Notes: a model not told the origin generated them from the sequence alone. Numbered from the whole stretch's first letter, positions 38,355 to 51,461 are shown. The stretch is DNA of 63,897 bases, filler included, from Octopus bimaculoides (GCF_001194135.2; 6 parts of 5 records of this genome joined end to end with filler, not necessarily neighbours in it), one strand, 5' to 3'. Program-made: numbers and translations.

Positions 38355-38739
38355 GTCGTCGTCGTTGTCATGGCTACCCTTCCAGATCGAGGAATATACT
38401 TTTTGGTGTTTTTTCTATTATTGATGGATCTTGAGGTGACTGATGAGTCCAGTTCTTTCTCGGAAGTTCCTCCCATAAGTAGTACAGTTGGTTCCGGATG
38501 GAATGACCCCCCCCCTCCATAGTTGTTCTATCTTTTCTGCGCCTCCCCTTTTCTTCTTGCTCGTCAGTCTGTCTGTTCTCATAAGTTGTCAGTCCTTCTT
38601 CTATGATGGATCTCCGTCTCTCCCAGGCCTCGGTACCGATATTACATTTCTTGAAGTTGTGTTTTCAGGACATCTTCGAATCTTTTCTTTTTCCCTCCTC
38701 TTCTTCGTTTTCCTCTTTTCTAGTTGGGCGTAGAGGAGC

Positions 38740-38741
<2 letters not shown>
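38355..38741 (-). mobile_element. 3' end of an RTE-clade LINE
   Basis: RQLLYAQL..GKRRRGGKKKRFEDVLK, then a WE motif, then CTTYGRNFRERTGLISHLKIHQ* (decayed C2H2-like; stop at 38418-38420); tail GGGTAGCCATGACAACGACGACGACGA. Confidence 0.85.
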
Positions 38742-38806
<65 letters not shown>

Positions 38807-39530
38807 NNNNNNNNNNNNNNNNNNNNNNNNNNNNNNNNNNNNNNNNNNNNNNNNNNNNNNNNNNNNNNNNNNNNNNNNNNNNNNNNNNNNNNNNNNNNNN
38901 NNNNNNNNNNNNNNNNNNNNNNNNNNNNNNNNNNNNNNNNNNNNNNNNNNNNNNNNNNNNNNNNNNNNNNNNNNNNNNNNNNNNNNNNNNNNNNNNNNNN
39001 NNNNNNNNNNNNNNNNNNNNNNNNNNNNNNNNNNNNNNNNNNNNNNNNNNNNNNNNNNNNNNNNNNNNNNNNNNNNNNNNNNNNNNNNNNNNNNNNNNNN
39101 NNNNNNNNNNNNNNNNNNNNNNNNNNNNNNNNNNNNNNNNNNNNNNNNNNNNNNNNNNNNNNNNNNNNNNNNNNNNNNNNNNNNNNNNNNNNNNNNNNNN
39201 NNNNNNNNNNNNNNNNNNNNNNNNNNNNNNNNNNNNNNNNNNNNNNNNNNNNNNNNNNNNNNNNNNNNNNNNNNNNNNNNNNNNNNNNNNNNNNNNNNNN
39301 NNNNNNNNNNNNNNNNNNNNNNNNNNNNNNNNNNNNNNNNNNNNNNNNNNNNNNNNNNNNCGATAAACAAAATAAGCAAGTGCCTAGGGCATCAAAGGAA
39401 GGGGTCACCACAGAAATGGTAAATGGCTTACGGCATAAAAGAAATCACTTAAACTTTCTAAAATAATATTCAAAGTGTATTAAAAGATCCGAAATACAAC
39501 ATGAAAGTGTACAGGTGTGGTGCTGTACTT

Positions 39531-39905
39531 TTTACTCTTTTACTTGTTTCAGTCATTTGACTGCGGCCATGCTGGAGCACCGCCTTTAGTCGAACAAATT
39601 GACCCCAGGACTTATTCTTTGTATGCCTAGTACTTATTCTATCGGTCTCGGAAACACACCAGCATCGGTTGTCAAGCGATGCTGGGGGGACAAACACAGA
39701 CACACAAACACACACACACACACATACATATACATATATACGACGGGCTTCTTGCAGTTTCCGTCTACGAAATCCCCTCACAAGGCTTTGGTCGGCCCGA
39801 GGCTATAGTAGAAGACACTTGCCCAAAGTGCCACGCAGTGGGACTGAACCCGGAACCATGTGGTTGGTAAGCAAGCCACTTACCACACAGCCAGTCCTAT
39901 GCCTA
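39531..39905 (-). mobile_element. SINE family A, near full length with a small internal deletion
   Basis: Reverse complement of 25572-25975. Confidence 0.92.
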
Positions 39906-40121
39906 CTGTATATTTTTTTTTATATTTAGTTTTATGATTTGTATATATTTATTTTATTATACATGCAAAACAACACCACGGAGAAATCTGTGTGAGTTTA
40001 AATATTAAACCGCGATAGGCGAAACGCGATAAGTGAACCACGGTATGGCGAGGGATTATTGTATAAATAAAGTGGAAGTATACAAAAATAAGCATTATTT
40101 ACCATCTTACGTTTAGTTTTT

Positions 40122-40183
40122 CTTTTACTCATTTGCTCGCTTCAGTCATTTGATCGCAGCCATGCTGGAGCACCACCTTAAAG
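40122..40183 (-). mobile_element. SINE family A 3' tail
   Basis: TTTTACTC..TTCAGTCATTTGATCGCAGCCATGCTGGAGCACC. Confidence 0.75.
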
Positions 40184-40354
40184 GTTTGTTTGATTTTGAG
40201 GAATAAAAATTTATTTTATGGCTTAGATTTTGAATTACCCATATATATATATATAATTATGGGGACCAAAATCTTAAGTGCTTAGGGTCTTTATGGGTCT
40301 TAACCCGACCCCGGTGTATGTGTGTGTGTGTGTGTGCATGTGTGTGTATGCTTG

Positions 40355-40397
<43 letters not shown>

Positions 40398-40416
40398 ATA
40401 TATATATTATATATGA

Positions 40417-40503
40417 CGGAATATGCGCATGATATTGTACCCGTATGTCCCTTAATACTCAAAGGACTCCGTATGTATGCTCGCATATGTATATGTGTGT
40501 GTA

Positions 40504-40577
<74 letters not shown>

Positions 40578-40631
40578 GGAATGTGCGCATGACATTGTAC
40601 CCCTATGTCTATTAATACCCAAAGGATTTCG
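40417..40631. repeat. Two diverged ~55-bp units separated by (TG)n, period 160 bp
   Basis: GGAATATGCGCATGATATTGTACCCGTATGTCCCTTAATACTCAAAGG versus GGAATGTGCGCATGACATTGTACCCCTATGTCTATTAATACCCAAAGG. Confidence 0.85.
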
Positions 40632-41157
40632 GATTGGCAGTGGAGTAACATCGACCAGAGACCATTAAGTAACTGCAAGTAATTATGCACGAAAGTGGAA
40701 CAGCGAGGAGCGGAAGCTAAGCGTGTCTCACCTGGGGCAGCCCTTGACATTTCTGCCCCTTCCACCGAGCCGAAGCCCAAACAGGTTTCCTAGAGCAGGC
40801 CCAAAAGTGTCACCCCTATAGAAGCATCACTTAAGGCAGATCTCCCCGCTTCCACCACCACCACCACCACCCGTGCCTCGACCCCGCCCACAACTACGCC
40901 TCTGGTGAAACAACGAGACTGTGGTACAACCAGGATATTGAACCAACGTCACACTCGTCGTCGTCGAGAAAAGAGCAGCATCCGGCAACGCGTCCATACG
41001 CAAACAGATCCGAGCGCGCTTAAACACCCCGCCACACGCACACTCACACTCGCTCTCTGTTGCCCAGTTATATGCACAAACAGATGCATAATGCGTTTAT
41101 GTATATACTTATATTTATAATACGCACATCTAAATGCGTATCTTCTTTGATGACTAA

Positions 41158-41260
41158 TACACCCAATCAACCAGCCACGCGCGTACACACACGCGCGCAC
41201 ACACCCACTCAACCAGCCCCACGCGCGCACACACCCACTCAACCAGCCCCACGCGTACAC
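41158..41260. repeat. 30-bp minisatellite (~3 units)
   Basis: GCGCGCACACACCCACTCAACCAGCCCCAC repeated. Confidence 0.85.
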
Positions 41261-41363
41261 ACACACGCACACTCATAGAACGAAACCTATTTAACTATCA
41301 TGTACTAATGTCCCATATTCTTATCTATCTATCTATCTATCGATTTATATATATGTGTATTTA

Positions 41364-41594
41364 TATTTCTTTATTGCCCGCAAGGGACTAAGCATAGAGG
41401 GGACAAACAAAGACAGACAAAGGGTTTAAGTCGATTACTTCGACCCCAGTGCGTAACTGGTACTTATTTAATCGACCCCGAAATGATGAAACGCAAAGTT
41501 GGCCTCGGCGGAACTCGAACTCAGAACGTAAAGAGACGAAATACCGCTAAGCATTTCGCCCGGTGTGCTATCATTTCTGCCAGCTCGCTGCCTT
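41364..41594 (-). mobile_element. SINE family B, full length, tail type b
   Basis: Head and core match 24104-24270; tail matches 1860-1920. Confidence 0.92.
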
Positions 41595-41610
41595 CGAATA
41601 TATATATTAG

Positions 41611-41742
41611 AGGTGCAGGTAAGAAGCTTGCTTCCCAACCACGTAGTTATGGGTTCAGTCCCATAGTGTGGAACCTTAGGCAAGTGTCTTCTGCTATAGT
41701 GTTGGGCTGACCAAAGCCTTGTGAATGAAGTCCTCCGTATAT
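41611..41742 (+). mobile_element. SINE family A 5' half
   Basis: GGTAAGAAGCTTGCTTCCCAACCAC..GGGTTCAGTCCC..CCTTAGGCAAGTGTCTTCT..GACCAAAGCCTTGTGA. Confidence 0.85.
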
Positions 41743-41773
41743 GTATATATGTGTGTGTGAGTGTGCATATGTG

Positions 41774-41827
<54 letters not shown>

Positions 41828-41922
41828 NNNNNNNNNNNNNNNNNNNNNNNNNNNNNNNNNNNNNNNNNNNNNNNNNNNNNNNNNNNNNNNNNNNNNNNNN
41901 NNNNNNNNNNNNNNNNNNNNNN

Positions 41923-42031
41923 TGGGTACCTGGACTAGATAAAATCATAACATAAACAATTAAATATAAGAAATAATAATTTCTTAAAGTATGTGTTAAT
42001 CCCCATGTACCCAGACTTTGTGGACACCCTG
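41923..42031. mobile_element. Second copy of the Tc1/mariner-type MITE, left end lost in a gap
   Basis: Reverse complement of 7051-7155; TIR TACCCAGACTTTGTGGACACCCTG followed by TA. Confidence 0.8.
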
Positions 42032-42418
42032 TATAATGTGCGGTGATGTTCAGTAAAGGACTATGTCTTCCAAAGAAGAAACAGAATGAAATTGATCCCT
42101 AAGCCTCGCTAAAGTTATTGTTAACCAAATTACACTGGAACTGATGGTACGGCAGAAAATTATCTCTTTGCGTGGGATCGCACCGAAAACTCACACGTAC
42201 ACACACACGCACGCACACAAGTTTATTACATATAGATACACATGGACACACAATATATATATATATATGTGTATATACATATAAATGTTCGTGTGTGTGT
42301 GTGTATACATATATATATNNNNNNNNNNNNNNNNNNNNNNNNNNNNNNNNNNNNNNNNNNNNTTAATTAATTAANNNNNNNNNNNNNNNNNNNNNNNNNN
42401 NNNNNNNNNNNNNNNNNN

Positions 42419-43164
42419 AGATTTTCCTGATGTATTTTTCCTTTCAATTGTTCTATTTCTATTTCTGATATTTTTTTTTGCTTTTAGAATATATCTTCTT
42501 GTGTTAGCTAGTTTGTTAGGGTTCATTGTTTTATCGAGGTCTATATTTACATTATTTTTCTTCCACATTTTATATGTATGTGTTGTTGCGCTTTCGTTTT
42601 TTGGGTAGAGCACTGCTGTGAAATAGGCGTATTGTATCGAAATGTATTCCTCACGTGTCCATTTATGCCGTTTTGGTTTTGTTTGCGGGACATGAGGAAC
42701 AACGTCCGGCCCTTTATTTTGATGGTCATCGTTTACGTAGGGTATCGGTTCGTTTATTTCTGTTGTCAGATTGTTTTGCACGTTCAGATCTTCGTATTTT
42801 TTTCGTAACAAGCTTACAGTACGCACTTCTCGGTTGTTATTCTTCGGTGGAATAATACCGGTGTTATTCAATCTGTTTGTAATTTTTTTGTACATAGTGT
42901 TTGGGTTTGGAGATGGTCTGAATTTTGATGTAACACATGAGTTTACGATCGCTGTGCGGGTAGTGGATGTATCAAGTTAAAATAAATCATTATATTTGGA
43001 AAAATATAAATAAATTTCAATGAGTATTACTTACTGGGATATAGTCCAACCCTTTGTCAGTTATTTTTTGGCTCCATGCGATGTCTTTATTTCCGATGTT
43101 TTTGGATATGTTTCGGAGCAGTGATTTATCGTTCTCACATGTTAAACTTCCCCGGTGTAGTCTG
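42419..43164 (-). mobile_element. 5' part of an R4/Dong-like non-LTR retrotransposon
   Basis: Open frame 42976-42419 with RHKWTREEY..YAYF..MW..KLANTRRYILKAKK; a shift in the A-run continues as ISEIEIEQLK; this resembles, from memory, the N-terminus of R4-clade ORFs; 5' end abuts (TAA)n. Confidence 0.7.
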
Positions 43165-43236
43165 TATTATTATTATCATTATTACTATTATTATTATTAC
43201 TATTATTATTATTACTATTATTATTATTATTATTAC

Positions 43237-43314
<78 letters not shown>
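43165..43314. repeat. (TAT/TAA)n microsatellite
   Basis: Direct inspection. Confidence 0.97.
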
Positions 43315-44844
43315 GTTGCTCGTGTTCCTTGTGATGTTATTTAAAGTTGTTATTCTCGAATATCAATTACTCTATAACAAATGTTCTTTGTCATAATTAT
43401 AGTTTTCTATTCCGTCTTCTATGATAATTACCCAGGAGCGTAGTGCAAAACCAAAAGTACAAAACAAATGATAATGGAAATTACTACAAATTAGTTCTTT
43501 TCTGTTGGTTTCTTTTCTTTTTTTTGTTTCATTTTGAAATTTTAATAACCAAACACACGCAAAGTTACAAATATTAGACATCAATTTGACAACGTTTTAG
43601 CATAAAACAGTTTTAAAACAAATAATATCCCTACTCACATCGCCTTATAATGTATATAATCTTCAATTCAGTAATAACGTTTGAACTGTTTATTGGAAAG
43701 TATGCTTTAGAATTCTTCCCAATGATGTGTATCTGGACACTGAAATAGAAATAAACATTTTTAAAGTGCAGAAGTTACCATGTGTATTTACAATATTCTA
43801 ATAAAGAAGAGGTATTAATATCACATTTAAACGTAATATTAGTTGATTTTTCTTTATTACATAACACAAAATCAAGCCTGTTTGTCGGAATAAAGATATA
43901 CACGTGTTAATGTTGAATTTATACATCTTTAATTTTATGAAGACTAATTTATGGAAGGCTATATCGTAATCTTATTTTCCTCCGTTATATGCTATTTTCC
44001 GTTGGAAACGCTACGATACGGCATACAGTCAACCTCGATAAGCATTATTTACAAATATTGGTAATAAAGGTTGTTACATGAAAGATCATCTTCCATTAAC
44101 TTGCCAATAAGAAAATACACCACCTGGACCACAGAAACCTATCCAAACCCCCAGAAAACTACAGCTGGTAATGATACACACATCTTGAGAAATTGCCCTT
44201 TTCTATATCATTGGCCCGTTAAAATGTCACTTTATATTACAGTGTGATAAATGAATGCAGACATTACTAAATTAAGATTTCCGTTACTGAGACAAAAAAT
44301 AGAAGAAATTATTATGAATATTATCCAAAATCAAATAAGCACCCTCCAACAGATTACCAAATATCTTCAGGTTATAGAATTTTACGTTTGTGTTGCCAGG
44401 AGCATCTGTAATAATTTTGCTGTACTAGGGTTGTGTTATGTATGCATCAAACTCTTCGGTGTATGTAGCGGATGAGTGTGGAAAGATTAAATCGGATAAT
44501 TTAAGGCTCTTATGACTTCATCAGGGATGGTTCAAAAGCAGCTCTCCAAATTTTGCAATCATGTTCACACCGAATTGTTTAAGGTATCAGGAACATATTC
44601 TAACCAAGAAATACATGTGATAACGCAAAAATGTCTAAGATTCATGAATGTACTACAATGTTGGTGTATTAGTATATGCTTTATATTTTACATTCTTAGA
44701 AATGTTATTCTCAATTGTTCATTTCCATTTATTCTCTATAGAAATTTAGACCAACCTTTTTAACTACTCTGCAACATAGCTGTTTGTGATGTTGTTTATA
44801 GCCACGAGGGATACAACAATCAGTGTTTATTTAAATTCAAAGGA

Positions 44845-45055
44845 AGTGAGGTGACAGTATTGTTAGCACATCGGGTGAAATGCTCAGCGGTGTTTCGCAC
44901 GTAGCAACGTTCTGAGCCCACATTCCGCCGAGGTAGATTTTACCTTTCATGCTTTCGGTGTCGATAAAATACGTACCAGTTGAACACTGGTGTCGATGTA
45001 GTCGACTCATCCCCTACTCCATAATGGCTGCTCTTGTGGCAAAATTTGAAACCAA
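44845..45055 (+). mobile_element. SINE family B, decayed
   Basis: GTTAGCACATCGGGTGAAATGCTCAGCGG..TTCCGCCGAGGTAGATTTTACCTTTCATGCTTTCGGTGTCGATAAAATACGTACCAGTTG. Confidence 0.85.
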
Positions 45056-45289
45056 TCTTTAAATTCAACAAATATATTGCACATCTAACTGCATAATTAT
45101 CACAATCGCACAAACATATGTTACTTTTGGTGACAAGCATAGCGTAAGCATTTTCACACATTCTCGCCCATGGACACATATACAAAGTGAGTACGTGTTT
45201 GTGCTGTAATATGCGCCATGTTTTCTTAAGCCAATTTGATAATGCATTGGAACTTTCTGTTTTCAATGTTAAAATAGATTTAACTGCAA

Positions 45290-45700
45290 TGGTATAGAAC
45301 ACGTGCTTAGTATCCTTGGCTGGAGAAGGTTGGGAAGGAATGAAATGCGTTATCACCAGTAACATTTTTCTGTTGTTGGAGTTGACGGCAAGAGGTCAGT
45401 GTTGTACAGGAATTAAAATGTAGGCGATGAAACAAAAGATTTGTCACGCTAAAGGTGAGATAACGTAAATGTTACGGAGTGTTATTTATTAAGGTTACAC
45501 GAGTTGGGTTTCACAAGGAAAGGAGATAACGAATGCCATTTCCGCAGTGACAAAGGTGAAGATGTAACGATTGACAGGGAAGCAGTGTGTTAGGAAAAGA
45601 TAGAAAGATAGACTGAAGTAGCGCGTTGAATATTAGGATAAGGAGATGATTAACATTGTTCATATTTAGCAATGGTTGAAACTACTGGAAGATTTCTTGT
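45290..45700 (-). mobile_element. Possible highly decayed CR1/L2-type LINE 3' fragment
   Basis: Fragments LFHRLHFNSCTTL and SFLP resemble the CR1 C-terminal FYRY..CS.EL and SFFP motifs; weak. Confidence 0.3.
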
Positions 45701-46759
45701 CAAGAGATATAACTACGAATATTGGAATCAAAACATAGTGATTGTAATCTGTAGGTATATATATATATATGGTAGAAGAGGAGCTTATGGAAAGGCAATA
45801 TTTGGATCAAAATTAGCTTGTATTGGAAATCTCACATTCTATATGCAGTAAACTTGAAAATTAGACATTGCCGAATTATTTTGGTGTAGTTAAAATGAAG
45901 TGAATGTTTCAGATTTTCATTTCTACAGACGCATTCAGTAGTGCTGTTATACTGGTTTTACTAATATTCCGTAGTAGAAAAAGCAGTAACTTTTTTAGAT
46001 AGTCGATATTTTTCTCTATATATTGTTATGTTTATCATAGATATATTATATTAGGATGGAGGTAATAATTCCAGGAAACTCAGGATGCGCAGAATCGTGC
46101 TTTGAAGGACATATTAATTCGTTAACGAATAAATTTATGATGAGACTGGAGTGAAGAAATATGCTTTCAAGTAAATTATAAAGATTATTATCTANNNNNN
46201 NNNNNNNNNNNNNNNNNNNNNNNNNNNNNNNNNNNNNNNNNNNNNNNNNNNNNNNNNNNNNNNNNNNNNNNNNNNNNNNNNNNNNNNNNNNNNNNNNNNN
46301 NNNNNNNNNNNNNNNNNNNNNNNNNNNNNNNNNNNNNNNNNNNNNNNNNNNNNNNNNNNNNNNNNNNNNNNNNNNNNNNNNNNNNNNNNNNNNNNNNNNN
46401 NNNNNNNNNNNNNNNNNNNNNNNNNNNNNNNNNNNNNNNNNNNNNNNNNNNNNNNNNNNNNNNNNNNNNNNNNNNNNNNNNNNNNNNNNNNNNNNNNNNN
46501 NNNNNNNNNNNNNNNNNNNNNNNNNNNNNNNNNNNNNNNNNNNNNNNNNNNNNNNNNNNNNNNNNNNNNNNNNNNNNNNNNNNNNNNNNNNNNNNNNNNN
46601 NNNNNNNNNNNNNNNNNNNNNNNNNNNNNNNNNNNNNNNNNNNNNNNNNNNNNNNNNNNNNNNNNNNNNNNNNNNNNNNNNNNNNNNNNNNNNNNNNNNN
46701 NNNNNNNNNNNNNNNNNNNNNNNNNNNNNNNNNNNNNNATATATATATATATATATATA

Positions 46760-46903
46760 TAAAATTAGAATGGGAAATCTTTCAAGGCTGTGAACGATTT
46801 TAGAACATTTATAAATAGATGGTCTTACAGCTGTTTCCGGAATATTTTATATTTCCCTTCAACGGAAACGGTGTGAGAAAATGGTTAGGCAATAGTTGCT
46901 ACA
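46760..46903 (-). repeat. Second copy of the hammerhead-bearing repeat (motif 46822-46869)
   Basis: Minus strand GTTT CCGTTGA A GGGAAATAT-AAA-ATATTCC G GAAA CAGCTG TA AGAC. Confidence 0.7.
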
Positions 46904-47800
46904 CCCCCTAATTCTCACTTAACGTTAAGTACTAAGCTAAATCATTTTTTTAAATACTAGAATAACGTCCCTAGGCAACATAAATATCATACTACCTTTA
47001 ATTGATTGAACCTGAAACTATCTTATTCTGTCCCACCCAACTTCGAATCTATCGTAGAAGCCTCTAATAAGCAAAAGCTTTCCCTTTACTATCAAAACTC
47101 ATATCATTACAACTCTAGTCATAGGAACACAGAACATACACACTGCTCCTGCACAGATACCCCTATATTACACCACAACCAAAACCACCATCCTACTGAC
47201 ACTGAACGGAACACCACCACAATCTCTACCACACTTACAAACAGTACAATTGATAACAACAACAATAATAATAATAACAATGACGGTTATGATAACGTTA
47301 ATAATAGTAACAATCTAGAATTTTCTAACACCCTTCTCTAACCTCTCCTCTGACAATATTACCTCCTCCATTCTATCTGCCCATTACACGCCCGTTACAG
47401 AATGCACTGTATTTAGTCTATTACACAACTCTACAGCCATATACATAGGTTCAACCAAATATTCTAAGCAACGACATGCCACTCACTTCCATTCTTTCAG
47501 ATACGATAAACATAGTAAATCTACAGCATCGCTAACCACATACATCATCTCAAAAATACAAATATACCCTATACTCTATCATTGTACATACTGGATTCAG
47601 GGCTTCCCTACCGGGATCGACGCTCAACCTACAAGCTTTGCCTGTTGGAGGCATTTCACATATTAAAGCACGACTCTCCAACACTGCCAAATAAACATAA
47701 TGAGGCGCAAAACACATGCAACCACCGCATTTTTCACACATTCAAATTCTACCACAAATCCAAATACCTAAATCACCATGCACTAAATTTCCACAATACA
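46904..47800 (+). mobile_element. Penelope-like remnant: linker + GIY-YIG endonuclease, no RT
   Basis: PRQHKYHTTFN*LNLKLSYSVPPN, CPL, IYIGSTKYSKQRHATHFHSFR (YIG 47442-47450), KLCLLEAFHILK..NKHNEAQNTCNH. Confidence 0.85.
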
Positions 47801-48155
47801 CCGTAGGTAATCCCAGTTAACTTATAAATCTGCATTTCTAAAAGTACAAGCTACTTCCCATAGGAAATGTTCTTTACGAGCACTACCTCTTGGACTTGTT
47901 CCTGTTCTACCATGTGTTTATCTGTTTATCTTGTTTGCAAACAGAGGATATTTCCGGGATGAAGTAACGAATACAGATGGAAATATATTAAACACTTTCT
48001 ACAATGTTTAACCAACAAATTAAACAAACGATCGATTAGTTCTTCAGTGAGGTAACCAACTAAACGATTAACACAAAAGTGTGGAATAAATCATTCTTGT
48101 GTTTACTATTATATACACACACATATAATAATAATAATAATTATTATTATTATTA

Positions 48156-48186
<31 letters not shown>

Positions 48187-49263
48187 CGTTGTTGCTGTCG
48201 TTTTTGCTGCTGCTGTTGTTGCTGCTGTTATTGTTGTTGTTGTTGCCCAAAGCATATACATTAAGTATATATGTTAATAATATTTTTTTCTATACTAGAG
48301 CTGATTTTACTTCATATATATATATATGTGTGTATGTGTGTGTATGTGTTTATATATGTGTGCGCGTGCGTTGCGTATTTGCGTTTTTGTCTCTGCGAGT
48401 GAGTGCGCGCGTGTGTGTGTATTTATCTATATATAGTTATGCTTTACAGAAACACATCTATGTGCTTGCTGATGCAAACTGGAAATTAGAATTCAAAACA
48501 TAATTATGTATATGCATATCTATTGATAATCAACTGATGTTACAAAGTTACTCAACTTTGAGTGTTCCTTGTGTTATATATTCTGCACTGATACCAGTTT
48601 ATCAGTTTTACATATGTAAATTATGTGTTATATAACCCTATCTTACCACCCACATATATTAATACTTATTCACAAGCAGAGACAGGATAGCTTTCACAAA
48701 GAATCACAGTTGCTATAATACCACACACGCATTTGTAGATAGAATGATAAACAAATATGAAAACAACGTAGGTATGTAGTCGTGATAAGCTTACAATCGT
48801 ACAAGGTTATTCCTAGTAATGAGGCAGAGAAATATCTGTTGTAAGGAGAAATGCATATATAATACGTGCGACGAATTTGAAAAACAATATTTCGTTGAGT
48901 TGAAAACCTCAATTAAAAATTAATACGATGTAGAAACAAAGTGTCAGAGATTGATCAACTGAAGAAATAATATTGAAAATTCTAAGTGAAATTTTATTTA
49001 CGAAGAAAAATGATGCCTTGTATGTGTGTTGGCGTGAATATGTTGGACTACATTTTTTTTAATTTTAGAGTTCAAAGATTAGTCCTGGAAAGAATATAAT
49101 AATATATTTGTGACACATTTTCATTGTCATATGCGAGTAAATACTCTACAATTAAATGTCTGAGTATTTATAGTTGCTTGTGTGTGCATATACATGTGTT
49201 TGTGTGTGTGACTATACGCTATGCTCATAAATGTATATAACTGTACATATATCCATACACACA

Positions 49264-49306
<43 letters not shown>

Positions 49307-49479
49307 CTATATATGTTTATATATGAAGTTAGTTAGTTAGATAGACAGGCAGNNNNNNNNNNNNNNNNNNNNNNNNNNNNNNNNNNNNNNNNNNNNTTAA
49401 TTAATTAANNNNNNNNNNNNNNNNNNNNNNNNNNNNNNNNNNNNNNNNNNNNCATAGGTATCGGACATGATCTGTGAAT

Positions 49480-49480
<1 letters not shown>

Positions 49481-49528
<48 letters not shown>

Positions 49529-49532
49529 ACGA

Positions 49533-49584
<52 letters not shown>

Positions 49585-49598
49585 AGGAAAGAAAGAAA
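49481..49598. repeat. (GAAA)n microsatellite
   Basis: Direct inspection. Confidence 0.97.
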
Positions 49599-49938
49599 AG
49601 GAAGGGGGATTTCATTTATTTATTCAGTTAGCATCAGACCACGTGTTTTAACACTAGATATATCTTCTCAGCAATACAGTCAATATCTTTGTTTTGAATC
49701 TATATCTTAGATATAAATTCAAGACTCAGATATACATCTTGCCTTTTTTCCCTTTTTTCTTTTTTGTTTTTGGGTTTTAATCTATGATATCTTAATGACA
49801 AATACTAAAATATATCTTAGCTTTTAATACATAATATCTTCACGCCGAGCCTTATACATATCTTGAATTTTAATCTACATCCTCTCAGCAAGACTTGCAT
49901 ATATATTAGGTATTAATAGATGCTATCTTCACAGCAAG

Positions 49939-49984
<46 letters not shown>

Positions 49985-50242
49985 NNNNNNNNNNNNNNNN
50001 NNNNNNNNNNNNNNNNNNNNNNNNNNNNNNNNNNNNNNNNNNNNNNNNNNNNNNNNNNNNNNNNNNNNNNNNNNNNNNNNNNNNNNNNNNNNNNNNNNNN
50101 NNNNNNNNNNNNNNNNNNNNNNNNNNNNNNNNNNNNNNNNNNNNNNNNNNNNNNNTATATATATCTTCAGTTTAAATCTACTATATCGCCACAGTATACA
50201 TACATTCATGCATACATACATACATACATACATACATACATG

Positions 50243-50290
<48 letters not shown>

Positions 50291-51215
50291 CACGCATGCA
50301 CACACATACACACATACATTGGGTGGATAAATTAAATTTACAAATATATGAAAATGGCTTGTTGTTACAGATGACGTAGGCGGGATTCGAACTCTGAACC
50401 GAGATGTATTAAACTTAATACCTTAATCTATTTAATTCGATATTGTATTGTCTAGGTCATCGTTCCGACCACAATTTCCAGGAAATATTAATTTAAAATG
50501 AAATAAAGCATCTCACAAAATATAATATAATTCGTTAATTTCAATTTTCTTTCCAACAAATCGTTTTCCATCATGTATTTATATATTTTTGTGTGTGTGT
50601 GTGTGTGAGTATAATTTTTATATGTATGTCAAATAATGTTGTTTAATATTTTTATTCAATATAGAAAAGATTGCTGTAAGCAAGTTACATGTGGTGATGA
50701 GACTGTTAAGGTAACCGGGAGGGCTTTAGCAAGACATGGATAATATTAAACTTTTTTTTTTCAATTATGAAGAAATAAAATATTAAATTGAAAACTAGAA
50801 AATGTTATACACATAAATATACATGGAGGGTGTATGTGTGTATTTATGCATGTATGTATATATTATAAATACATATATATATATATACTTATATTCATGC
50901 ATGCATAGAAAGTTCTAGTTGTATATGAATTTATGTGTGTATATTTGTATTCATAAGTTCTCTTCCCACACATAAATAATGTATGGTAGTTTCACAGTGG
51001 TATGAATTGCAATTAAGTAAGGAGACGTACTCAATACCGTCAGGTAGAGTGAAATAAGAACTGAGTCTGACTGATTGAGTTGCTGCAGCTCATGGTTTCT
51101 CGTTCCCGCTCGTCAGGCGACTGCAACTGGGGAAACTCCTTACATTTTGTTATGGTCATCAACATGTGAGTTTAAACTTAACTTTCTTATCAGGCCTCTT
51201 CAAAGAAAAGTGTTT

Positions 51216-51259
<44 letters not shown>

Positions 51260-51461
51260 TGTGTGTGTATGTGTATGTATGTATGTTTGTATGTATGTAT
51301 GTATATATATATATGTGTGCGTGTGTGTGTGTGTGTGTGCGTATATGTGTGTATAATTATGTATATACATGCATATTTCTATATGTATAGTCACTCATAT
51401 ATGTGTATGCATATGTGTGTATGTATGTATATTTATGTACACTAATGCGCCTATATATATA

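Noticed and set aside
38438-38470. CTGATGAGTCC on plus
   Set aside because: Antisense of the RTE zinc-finger codons; no GAAA or helices follow
47946-47990. ATATTTCC..GGAAATAT hairpin enclosing GGATGAAG..GAATAC
   Set aside because: Too many core changes and no helix II or III; not called as a hammerhead
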